Shown here: positions 37,601 to 49,569 of the stretch, piece by piece
Layout of the letters: the number at the start of each line of letters is the position of its first letter
Position numbering within the stretch: the stretch's first letter is position 1
Assembly (NCBI GenBank): GCA_000934665.2
Contig: KZ538707.1
Location: forward strand, 1-52,566
Source: Catajapyx aquilonaris
Lineage: Eukaryota
Direction of reading: 5' to 3'
DNA: 52,566 nt
Program-made: the position numbers and the translations under genes
The notes under the pieces: model-generated
What the model was told of the DNA's origin: nothing
The model's input: only the letters and a program-made list of their open reading frames with translations
Database searches by the model: none

Positions 37601-40600
37601 AGATATAGGTCGTCCCAATTCCCTGGCTTTCACCTGCAATATTCAATGAACGAGGAGATAGTGCGGGGAACAATAAGCGGGGGGATTGCTAAATATGTAA
37701 AGAGCCCTTGACTCGGGCTGCCTTTTCAAAAATTAATCCGGGGCCGTCTAATCGGGTTTCGGGACAGCGTGCCCTTTATAGCTGGGGGAAAAGGTTAACT
37801 AGGTGGGTTAAGGTCAGGTTCAAAATCTGTGCGCGGGCGTAAGATGCGTAATCAATCATGATCGATGTCCCGGTTTTATTTTTTTCGGGGGGGGGGGGGG
37901 GGNGGGGGGGGGGCTCTCTTTCCCGTCCCATCCAATTTCCTCCTGCAATTTGTCGTTCAAACAAAGGGATTCCGACGGCTCTGTTTCAAGTGAGATTTAT
38001 GGCTCATCGATACTGTGTGCTTTTCATGGGCCCGCTCGGTTTCTAATTGATGGCGGCAATCCGGTGGCGAGAGGGATTTCTGGGGATTTGCAGGTTTGGC
38101 AGACTGGCCAACTTGGACATGTTGGAATTGGCGATATATCGACGTATTGGCTGATAGATGGTTTAAAACTACATATCGATATATCGATGTTACATATTGC
38201 AAACTTGCTGATAATTGTATTTTCAATTTGTGTTACATGGAAACAGGTCGGTTATATGATATGACATGGATCCCAGGAGTATCCTGTGGAAAAATCATGC
38301 CGTGACTGAGGTTTTAATCACGGTAGTGCCATTACAATGTAACGCGAAAGAAAGTAGTTGCGATTGATGTCAACTATAGTGAGATTTATTTTTTTGCAAA
38401 TTGGGTTGCGTATAGGGATGTGCACGTACGTGTAAATAACAGCGAAGAAAGTGCGGATTGGAATGAGAATTGTTTTTCCCAAAAGTGGAATTTATGCCAC
38501 GGTTAGTGCACGCCGAAGTGAATGGGCGAAGAAAAAAAGGAGAAGGAAAAGGAAAATAGAGCGTAGAGATGTTGGAAAGTTGGGCACCAAAATTTTCAAG
38601 CAAGATGTTCAGCAGACAGGTCGCTTCCCGTTTCATCCGTTTTAGAGGCCCAGCAGCATTCGGTTTCCGCCGGCTAGAATATTGGAACATTTTGTCACGC
38701 AATGGCCGCGTAATGTGGTCGTTTCCCTCCAGTCAGAGGAACCAGCTCTAGACTAAATCAAATCGTTGCTTTTGCTTGGAGGGGTTGTGGGGGGGGGGNN
38801 NNNNNNNNNNNNNNNNNNNNGAGGAGGGAAGGGAGCATTAGAAACATTGGTTCGGATTTGCCTTTTTCTGCCACAAGGGATCAATATGTTCGAAGGAGGA
38901 AGTGAGTCCGCCCACTTTTTTCAGGAATTGGGTGAAAAAAGGCTCCTTTTATATTGAGAGCGGATATGCACGATTTGGCTAGAAAGTAACTTTGTTGCGT
39001 AATTTTTTAGCGTGAAGGTGCGTTAGACATCCGGGTATGAGGGAGTGGAATTGAGCAGATGCATTACGAACTTTTTCCTAGTTTTTATAGGGGTCCACTT
39101 TTTTCGGCCTGGATTCTCATTCTTCCTCCAGACGATCATTAATTTAGGTCTTTATGCCTGCAGGCGCCCAGTTCCCCAAACTTCTGAAAGTGGTGGTAGA
39201 AAAGAAAAAAAAAACTAGAGGACGTGGTAAGGAAAGTTTTATTAAGTAAGGCCTCCCTGGGAGCATTAATGAGCAACACCTTGTCAAAAGCCGGGTCGCT
39301 TTGCATGGAAATTTTTTTGGGCGGTGTTCCACGTGTATACTTTTACTTTTCATTCGCGTTGATTGAAGCAGATGTGGAGGCATAATGGTGCGTTGCACTT
39401 TGATGATGTGTCATTATTAGCATTTTTTTGGCGATGTTTTTCCCAGATGGCTGATATGAGGAAATGATCGACCTAACGGGAATGTCATGCAAGAATTTGT
39501 ATCATTGTTTAATATCACGTTATCTTTTTTTAGTACAGCTAGCGGGGGCCGTTTCGTGAATTTAACCCTGTTGCCAACTGCCAACTCCAGAAGCTCTGCC
39601 GTAAATAAATGAACGCTATTCTGGCTGTATCTGGAAAAACACTCTTGTTTTCGGTTGCCATGACGCGTCGCACATCTTGTCCGAAAAAAGGGGAAGCCAG
39701 AAGGAAAAAGGGAGCTCTCCGATTTTTTCTTCAGATAATGTCATGGTTGCCCAGCAGCATCGGAACTTACAAGTCTTTGGAACACAACTCGTGAGGTGGT
39801 GAAAACGGGCGAGGAATTGATTTTCGAGGCCCCTGATGTTTGTGATTGGGGAGGGCTCCCAGGGCAACTAGGAGCTGCGCCAATCGCCTTCGTCGCATAC
39901 ATAAAATCTGAAGACTTTTTTTTTTTAAATAAAAAATAAAAATGTGTGTGTGAATCATGGCAAAATTAATCGTTGATCCAGTGACGCGTGAAATAAATGA
40001 GCGTGTCCCCTTGACTGTGAGATTGGGGACTGAATCTCAGGGATTTAAACCTGGGAGACGGATAATAACAGTAACTTCCATCCAAAGGGAAAACTGGTGT
40101 CTGCTCATTGACTTTTTGGAGGCGCATCCGAGCGAGGACTCGATTTTGCCGTCTTTTTGTTTCCGTCCACAAAGGAGGATTCAGGCCTGAGGAATATTTT
40201 CGCATCACTGAAGGTTGTTTTTTTGGGGGATGCCGAAAAAAGGAGCTTTCGTATCTATTCTGGTGTGGAAAGGAGACTTTTGCCGACCTTGCAGCTAGAT
40301 TTCTCGGTCGACGGGTAATTTAATGGGGCAGCCTAGGCGTGAAGGAGCTGTAATCGAAATTGGAACCATCGTTCCATTTACCAGGCCCACATAAAAAGGT
40401 GAAGAAATATTACCAATCTTGCCGATAAGAGCGGATAAACTGGTTTATTTAGGATGTGATTAATATTATGGGGGTTTTCATAGCGTGTTTGCATGGGTTG
40501 GGAGTGGCTATTTTAAGTTAGCCAGGAGTGTACTTGAATTTGCATCTGTTGAAACGTTCCTTCAACTCTGAATTAGAGCTGTCTGGCTGTATTCGAAAGC

Positions 40601-43600
40601 GAGCCTCAGGTTTATTCTGCTGGACGGTTCCGGAACGAATTGTAAAATAAACTGTGCCGAAACTGGAGATGATCTTTGCCCAGCCTGCTGTCAGAAGGTA
40701 GAGGGATTGGCTCAAGCTGGTTCGGAATTTTAATTACGGCGGCACTTGCTTTTTTGCTTCCTTTTTCAGGGAAAAGGAACTGCTGATTTTCATTACCAAA
40801 CCAAATTCAGAAGGGTTGGGAATGGGGGAATCGTATGTACAGTCTGAGGCTAAATCGTGCGCATTCGGGTTTCGTGAGCATGTGAAGATGTGCGGGCATG
40901 TTCCTTCCCATTGCCATGTCATGTCGCATGGGGTTAATGTGCCCCAAATCTGTCGTCCCGATTGCACACCGTGTACGTGATATCCCATTGTGTATGTCGG
41001 GGTGCCAGGGTCTTGCACGCTAAACAATGGCGTGGATAAGTGAACTGCGGGAAGGAAAACGTTCAATGTGCCGTTTTGGTATCAAGGACGTTTGATATAT
41101 TTGGGATGTAAAGTCCCCTCGCAAGTAGGTTCATGCGGGTGTTACATACGCAGATCAAGGCCGATTTTTTGTAAGCGTCTGAATGAGATACGGTGTGTAA
41201 AGGGGCGTTACCTTGGTGATGGCATCATGAAAGCTTGATTGACATCCCGGCGATATTTACATGCCGGTTGCGTCCCAGTTAAACTCGGTCCACGAAGGTC
41301 AAGATGTCGTGGATACCGTTATCCGGGGCACGAACGGAAATATTCCAGGAAGGAATGAAATTGGCAGTTTTATAGCACGAACCCGGAGCAATGCCAGCCA
41401 TTCATTTCCTTTTTCCTTGTACCCCGGTTGCTGGAAGGTTTGTGCTTGGGAAAGTTCAAACTGCCAGAGATTTTCCGCGGTCCTTTTCAGCCTTTGATAT
41501 TAATGATGCACCGAGGGGGATTGTCGCTATGCAAATCTGAGGGTGTTCCCTTTGAGCGCAGCTGTCCTACGGGAGTGAGCGTCAACACTGTTAGATTTCA
41601 GCTGAATTTCTGTAGTTGGCAAGACAAAGTGGCCAACGTGCTTTTTCGGCCATGTTTGTTGTGAGTGTTCCAAGCTGGTGGTTTCACCCCCCCTCCTGTG
41701 GACTATCGACTACTCTGGCAGCAATTTGCTCCATGAGGCTGCATTTGGCGCATGCGACACACTACCTCAAAATATAGAAAAAGAAATGAGGGGAAAAGAA
41801 ACCCAAGTTCATTGGTCCAGAGTTCCTCGTGGTATTGAACAGTCCCAAATTCCAGCGTTGTTTGTCCACGTGCATCATGTTTTCGAGAGGGACTTGCATA
41901 AGCTGCATCTGGCTGTGGGGATCGCATTTCCATTCATTCCCAGCCCCATGAATTAGAAGCATGTGACCTAAGTTGATTCGTGTATCCTGTGTTTAGGGGG
42001 GCATATGGAGACCATTGATGCTGGTAGGGGTGCTGGCAGATATAAAAATAACCGTGAAATTAGATGCATATGCGAGCTTTCAAGAAAGCGAGCCACGATG
42101 TCAAAAGCGGTGTAAACATTTCGTTAATTAAAGCTGGGTGAAAAAAAAAGTGGTGGGGGAATGCGGAGACCATTTAGCAGTTTTGATGGCGTTAATTAAG
42201 CAATAATGAATAAACATAACGTGAACCGAGTTTAATCTCAGTCGTGGGTCGGGCTGTACAAGCAGCGAAGTGCGGTTTTGATGGATAATTACAATCGAAA
42301 TTAGATCAACTGGTAGGGTACACTGAGTTTAACGAGATAGGATGTGTTGACTAAAATTCGTGCCAGCCAGCCATTTTTTGTGCGTTTTTTCAAAACAAGT
42401 GCTTTAAAAAAGTACCTTCTTTATTTGGGGCGTCAGAGAAACCTTGAATGTTGCAGGATATCTGAACCTGAGAGTTCCCTCTGGAGCTGTAATTGGAGAC
42501 ATTAGATGGGGGAGGCTTATTGATTGCTACGCCCTATGCTACAAGGAAGGGGAGAGGGGAGGGAGGGGCGGGGGAAATAAAAAAAATTGGGGGGGGGGGG
42601 AAGTAAAGGTGTACTTGCCACGTGTCAAGCACGCTTAACAGGGGAATAAAATCGCGAATGTGCAATGTATGGAGTTGTCGATTTTTTTCGACCCGTCGTC
42701 GGCAGTGCACATAGGGACCGTTTGTCACATTCCGGGAGGTCGTGGAAGAGCGCTTATTATAGCCAGGGTTTGGATCGAAGAAACCCCGCAGGCTGAGTTG
42801 TTGGTAAACTTTGGTCAATGTCAAGCGCTGAGTAGGCAACGTGGCACACACGTCATTAACTTCCTCACCTGACCCAGTACATTTTTTTAAAAAAGATATA
42901 AAGATATCCAGTCTTCCCCCTATCGTATAAATGGTAATTAGACGAGGATAGGGAGGGGTTCGTGACGTGTTATTGTGTGGTCCTGTTTAGGGGAGGCCCC
43001 AAGCCTTTCGTGCGTCGGTGGTCCGAACATGGATTACTTATAAGGGATATCTGGATAAAAAGTAACGAAGTGTGTGGTGGTTGTGAGAGGGGATCTTATT
43101 TAGATATAACGTGACATTCTCGATAAGTCAGGTATTTCGTGCCTCATCGTGAGGCTTGTTATTGCGGGGTAAATGCCACAGGTGAAAAAGATGGCCCCAG
43201 GAGATAGGTGGGACAAGTTACTTAGCAGCGGCATGAATATATGGGTGCTTATGGGTATTAGTAATCAGCCTGAAATTTATGGGCATCACGGGATCGTACC
43301 AGCCGTATTACATGCACAGGTCTTGTGTTAGGTTTGCTTCTGGTTGTTTGGGGCTGATTAGGCTGTGGTTGTATCTTGTGTATCACTGAGTACGTTACCC
43401 CTTTTTGGTACTGTGCATGTTATTGTAAAATCTTAAAGTGCACCAAATTTTGTGAGTCCTTGTAATGATGGGAATTTTTCATTTCAGGAGCCACCAAAGA
43501 CGTTGGGACTGCGTTGACGAGGATCTGTCTACGACACAAAGCAGTGGAAGCAAAGATGAAGACCTTCACGAGGTAAGTAAAAATAGGGATGTGAAATTGT

Positions 43601-46600
43601 CCCCCATCCCCCCTGCGATTAACTGGTTATAATGACATAACTTTCAAGGCTGTTGTAGAATTGTGTGGTTCCTGAGGAAGAAAGATTTTCTGTTTGATGG
43701 AGGCAAGGACAGGATATTATGAAAGTTGAGAAGTCACAAGCAATTTTAGATCCGAGACAAGCCATTGTTATTCGCAGGGTGCCTGAGCGTGATTGTGGTT
43801 CAGGAAGTAGAAGTGGCAGTCTGTAGGTAGCAAGGATTACGTCAGGTAGCTTTATGAGTTTAGTTACGACTTCCAGATCAAGTCATTACATGCAGATTAG
43901 TCACATGTAGATTTGGTATTCCTGCAGCAGTGCCTAAGGGACTGTGCAAACAGAATTGGCAGGCCGATCAGGTCTGAGAGATGCTCTAACTTACACTAGA
44001 TTAATGTGCTTACGTAATGATCTGATATCCAGGAATAGGTATGAAGTAATTCAGTGTTCTGTGGTGATATTGTTAATTTTCCTGCATTGTTTCTTGTGGT
44101 GGGGAGGAACACCATATTCAGCGCCTCTGTCCCTCTCTCTCTGTCCCTCTCTTAAGCAGACAAATTACAGTCCCCTGCTTTGAAAGTTAAATACCAGCTC
44201 ATTTGTTAGCCCAGAGCCAGCGTTCAAAGGGAGAGCTCTGCTGATTAGTTATGAAAATGCTGTGGCGTTTCTTTTGTGGTGCCAGTTAACGGCCTCTTTT
44301 GTCAGTTTTGCCTTGAAATATCATTTCCTCCCTTTCAGTGCCATTATGGACTGCTTGGTGATGCCGCTGCAGGAAAAGTTGGAAGAGTGGAGGAAGATGG
44401 TGCTGACATTAGATAAGGACCATGCCAAAGGTAAAGAAAGTGATTTTTAAACAGTGCCATGGTTTTAACCCATCCTTTTCCACCTAATAGAATACAAAAA
44501 AGCTCGATCAGAGCTAAAGAAGAAGTCAACTGACACCCTGCGCCTGCAGAAGAAGGTCCGAAAGGGGAAGTCTACAGAACTACAAAAGATGCTTGACTCA
44601 TGTATGCATGATGTCAACGATAAATATCAAGCACTGGAGAACACAGAGAAGCAAGCAGTCAGGACAGCACTGATTGAAGAACGCAGCAGATACTGCCTTT
44701 TTGTTGCATGCATGAAGCCCGTCGTGGTAAGAAACTGCAGAATTCTTAACCCCTCAGTTAGAAATAATATTCACCCAGTTCAAATGTAAATTATTCCCAT
44801 GTGTCATATGCGATTGAAATTTTGTTTTTGCGTGCCAAAGTTATTAGGAAATGATTTGGTGCCGTACAAAACTGCCAAATACAGCACTGCTAAGAGACAA
44901 CATTTAACATGCAGGATGAAGAGGTAGCGATGATGTCTGAACTGCTACATGTCCAGGAAGTGATGCAGCAGCTGAACAAGTACACTGCCGATCCCTACTC
45001 ACTGCCATCCGCCAGCGAACAGGTGATAGCTGACATCAAGGGCTCTGAGACCAACTGGTCCTTTCAGACCCCTCCCAGCAGCCCCAGTTCTATTGGATCC
45101 CGCAAGTCCAGCATGTGCAGCATCAGTTCACTCAACAGCTCTTCCAGCGGGAGCACCAAGTCCCATTCGCCTTCACACCAATTCTACCTGCGCACCATTT
45201 CTCAGGTGAGAGTGAGGTAGTACGTAGAGACTTTGAACAGTAGGCACAGTTGATGAATTGTTTTATGTTTTCGAAAGTTGCATGGAAAGACCTGATGAGT
45301 TATCAGTTTAGCCAATATAATGGTGTGATTTCAGTTTTATTCTGTCACATTATGTCCCACATTTTGGTTAATTGCAAGAATTTTGGTTTGGTTTGTTTTG
45401 TTTTATTTTATTTTTTCCCTATTTTTTTGTCTTTTCATTTGTTTTGTAGCCAGCTACAAATCCTGTGGGCACACTCCGCCTCTCGAGTGTTTCCTCACAA
45501 GATTCTGGCTTCACTTCTCAGGACACGCTGTTTCTACGGCAACCGTCACCACCTCCTTCAGAGCTGAGTCGACAGGTAGTTTGCCCACGAGCTTTTTATT
45601 TTTTTAAGTTTTATGCAGCTTGAACGCCATATGTGGGCATGTGGAATGATGTCAGACATGTCAATTACTATAACTGGAGTATTTTATGCTAACTAAGTGG
45701 ACAAGGAAGCATGGTGAAATGATTTATTTCACTTTCTTAATTAGTGAACATGTCAGGTCTTGATTACCTATTTTATTTGAAGGTCACATGGTGTAATGAC
45801 AAGATTTATTTTGCTTATTTGATTACATTGTTATTGAGATTTCAGAGTGAGTAATTACTGAGCATTACTTTTATTGTCATAGCCTGTTTCTTGTATTTAC
45901 CCGAGGCATGGAAACTGACAGCAAATGTATTGTTGAGCATTGCAGCATTTTTTGCAGTTTAACGGTTCAGGCATGACTTGCTTTCCTGTTTTAGTTCCAT
46001 GAAGGTCGACTTTTTATTCCTTTTCTTACATAATGCACTTTGCAAAATTGTATGGCTGTTTTACAACTGTTGCATTCTCATGTTCATTTACTACTGCCTA
46101 CACAAGAGAGGTCAGTTAACTTTGAATGTATTTGAATAATGACGCATGAGAAACATACCGTAAAGTTCAATTTCATAGATGTCTTAATAACCGCTTCATG
46201 GTTGATTCATGCGGAAGTCACGTTGATAGCCAAGTTTTTTATTTGTTTCCTTCGCTGCCGTTGCTCTGGAGTTTTTGTGTAGGTTGACATGCCAATTAGT
46301 AGTCAAACAGAGGGAGTTTCAATATGCACAAGAGGTCCATTTTGAGGGAAATATGCATAGTATATTCAGCAGAGCTTAATCAGGATTTTATTGGAAAATC
46401 AGCCTCTCTTTGGCTTGGTTCCTTCTGGAAAATAACACTGCCAGTATATGTGAATGACAATATGTACAATGAAAATATTCAGCCAGTCTTTGCTGGATGG
46501 CATTTGAGTCATTAATCTTATGGAAAATTTTCAAGATCAATGTGCTAAATTTTTTTAGCCATGTTGTATATTTTTAAAATGCTCCTTTTGTAGTGGTCTC

Positions 46601-49569
46601 ATAGTGGAGTCAGGGCACATTTCTTTCGTTAGCACCTACAAATGTTTTGGTCAAGAAATATGAGCCCACGATTAGTAACTTTTGTTGTTATTTTTATTGA
46701 TAGGCTTGCCAATAACTTTTTCGGTGTGATGAGATCATTTTTGCTTGATAATGTTGAAATGCATTTATAGCCACATGAACTTGTCCAGGAACAATGGCTG
46801 TGCACAAATTTTTGCTAATAGCTTTGCAAGCCTTGCATGTGGATACCTTGCACATTCACCAATTCCCCCCACTCCCCACCCAAGGTATCCAACCTGTCTG
46901 ACCAGAGCAGTGCGAGCAACTCAAGCAACTCGAGCACCCCCTCATCCCCGTACCCATCGGCGGGTGCCCTCCCGAATGTGACGGCTACCTGGCCGAACCT
47001 GCAGCAGACCCTCCAGTTTGAGCGGGCCGCCTGTGCCATCCTAAGCGAGCGCCCACACACAATCTCCACTGCATATGAGCGTGGCCACCAGCGCCCTGCC
47101 CTCACCTCCTGCACCTTCCAGCCTCTGGATGGGGGCAAGCAGCCTCCATCACAGCAGTCGGCATCCCAACCTGCCAGCCCCAGTCCCAGGGTGGAAGGCC
47201 TTGAAGAAGAAGACGAGGAAGAGGAAGAATGCGACAGGAAAGTTAGCGGCCACGTGGCAAGGGCCACCCTGCCAAAGCAGGCTGAGTCCCGTCCGCCTGT
47301 CCCAAAGAGGTGCTCTTCACTTGAGAGGCCAACCGTACCAGCAAAGACAGCAGCAGCCAAGCAGAAGGTTAAGGTGGCCAAGGGTGTTGTTGGGAGGAGT
47401 GTGCAGCCAATGGTCCCTGACTTTAACCAGAGTGCCCCAGACATGATCGTACCACAGCCAGTGTATGTCAACATGCATGAACTTGCCACCATGGCTGCGG
47501 CCAAGGCAGGACAGATGGCAGTGGGGACTACTGGAGAGCACGACTTCCCACCACCACCACCAGAGTTTGTAATGGCTGCAGATGATGGGAAGGTGAGGGA
47601 CCGTCCTTGATCATTTTTCCACTAGCACAGGCAGCAAATTTCAACACAGGAGCAACATTGTGATGTGCCATATGTGAGAGGAAAATTTCACCCAATACAA
47701 AATGGCTTATGCTTATGAAGTACAGTCAGAAATTTTATTGGGGAAGAAAGAAAGGGCTAGGAATAAGTTTCTGGCTTTATTTGATGATTGCCAAACATGT
47801 GTAAAGCATGTTCAGAGTGTCCTTTTAGTTATCAGAAATTTTGTCTCAAGTTGTCATAATTGTCCAGCTTCATGTGCCCCAATCCAGGTGCCCAATTATT
47901 CCCAGGTTGATAGAATATATCTGCTGCTACATAGTTGGGCACCTCGGGTGAATCAGCACCTTACTGCTGATTTTATGTTAGTTGTACTGACAAAAGCAAT
48001 TTCATATGTGTGCAAAGCTTCTTCTGACTGCAAAAGGCTGTGATATAATGTAGTAAATGAATGCTAGGAAAGCACACATGATCATTGCTTTATGTTGAGA
48101 TGCTGTGTGTTGGTGGTTTTCAGATGTAACCCTAATGCTCATTGTGAACTGACTGTAACTGGCTAATTAGCATACTGACAGGCTGTTAAGATTCAAAGCA
48201 TATGTTGCACATTCATCTTAGTTGTAGTTTATTGCCATGTTGCTCTTCCAAGCAAGTCATGTTTAAATTATTTTTCACATTTCAGCCAGAGCAAACTGAA
48301 GGCAGCACCAGTGAGAGCTCTCTGGGGTCATCAAGTGGGTACGGCAGCCAGACAATGGCCCCACCTGAGGAATACTCCTCCGTCAGTGTGGAGAGCATCA
48401 AGTCTAACTTTGGCACTCTCCTGCGCCGCAACTCTTCCCACTCCCAGCAGAAACCTCCTCCGCCTATCCGTCGCACCTCCTCCATCTCAATCACTGGTGG
48501 AGTGATTCCAGGGCAGCCTTGCTCTGACACAGCCAGTTTGACTTCCTCACACTCAGAGAGCTCCCTGCAGGCAGAGGAGAGTGAAAGTAGCACACCTAGA
48601 GGGAGCCTAGAGAACCTTCCCCCACCCCCTGCCTTTCTTCTGCTCAGTGGATCCCAGGAACTTGTGTCCAGCCCTGGAAGTAGCACTGGGTCCATCTCAG
48701 GCGGTGGGAAGTCAAGGGTAGCTGAGACTGTCAGGACACTTACCGAGATAAACCATCAGCCAGCCAGCCCCAGCACAGTGCGGAGGGGTCATGTAAGTGC
48801 TTTTCTATTCTGGTATGCAATTTGCAATCTAGCCGACTCTGTGTACATTTGCGACCTATAGTTGAGTTGAAAGCTCATAACTTATGGTCAAAGTTGGCTT
48901 CGAGTCCCATATTACCACATGAAGGTTAAGCCATCTCTATTTCTTTCAATACCAGAACTGTTGAAAACTTTCAGGTACTAGTAACAAGCATAATTTGCAA
49001 GACTAACTATGAACTAAATTCTTCAGGTGGAGAAGCGACCAGAGGTGCCTAAAGATGAGACTGCATCCACTGGTCAACCCCGTGCCAGCCTGATTCAAGC
49101 ACTGAATGCACGCTTTGCCCGTCAGCAGGCCTCCCCACCACCCACAATCTCCAACAGTCCACGCCACGTCCGCCGATTCTCGGAAGAGCTTTATCGTCCT
49201 GGGCTGTCCCTCTCGCTACCAAAGCAAAAGCCCAGTGGACCAGGTGATCCAGCATTTTTGCACTCACTCAATGCGAAAATAGCACAGATGCACCACAGGG
49301 ACTCCAGTGCACCCAACTCACCAAAGCTGGTCAAGCAGCAGTCTCCTCGGAGCAGCATAGTTGGGGCTGCTGGGGGTCAAGGGAGACTGCAGAGGAGTGC
49401 TTCAGCTTGCGGAGACACTGCACAGAAGGTGAGGCAGTGGATAGTCAGCAGAACCAATGCAGCGGACCCAGCTTATGGGAGGGAGTCGCTCATGGACCAG
49501 ATCAGGAGGGGAACCTCACTCAAGAAGACCAGAACCATGAATGATAGGTCTGCCCCCAGGATACACTAA
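22610..49569 (+). CDS. MTSS1: MTSS1/missing-in-metastasis (I-BAR/IMD domain, Ser-rich and Pro-rich regions, C-terminal WH2)
   Basis: Exons 22610-22681 (METNLERECSALGGLFQQIINDMK), 26318-26379, 32607-32680, 43488-43572, 44339-44430, 44491-44726, 44915-45205, 45450-45575, 46885-47592, 48286-48792, 49027-49569 sum to 2796 nt (931 aa + TAA), all GT-AG and frame-consistent. IMD motifs FLDAFQKIADAATNARG and LDKDHAKEYKKAR; RLSSVSSQDSGF; WH2 LMDQIRRGTSLKKT..NDRSAPRI. The acceptor of exon 9 is ambiguous. Confidence 0.95.
38789..38820. other. Assembly gap (22 N) at a poly-G run; single Ns in G runs at 21039, 25279 and 37903
   Basis: Direct reading of the sequence. Confidence 0.95.

Noticed and set aside
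39957..40190. ORF beginning MAKLIVDPVTR, reminiscent of the NiFe hydrogenase large-subunit N-terminus
   Set aside because: Lacks the following IEGH motif and any further similarity; 77 aa inside a eukaryotic intron, so coincidence.
46885..46893. GTATCC resembling a U12 donor
   Set aside because: Continues AAC rather than TT and lies in the open MTSS coding frame.
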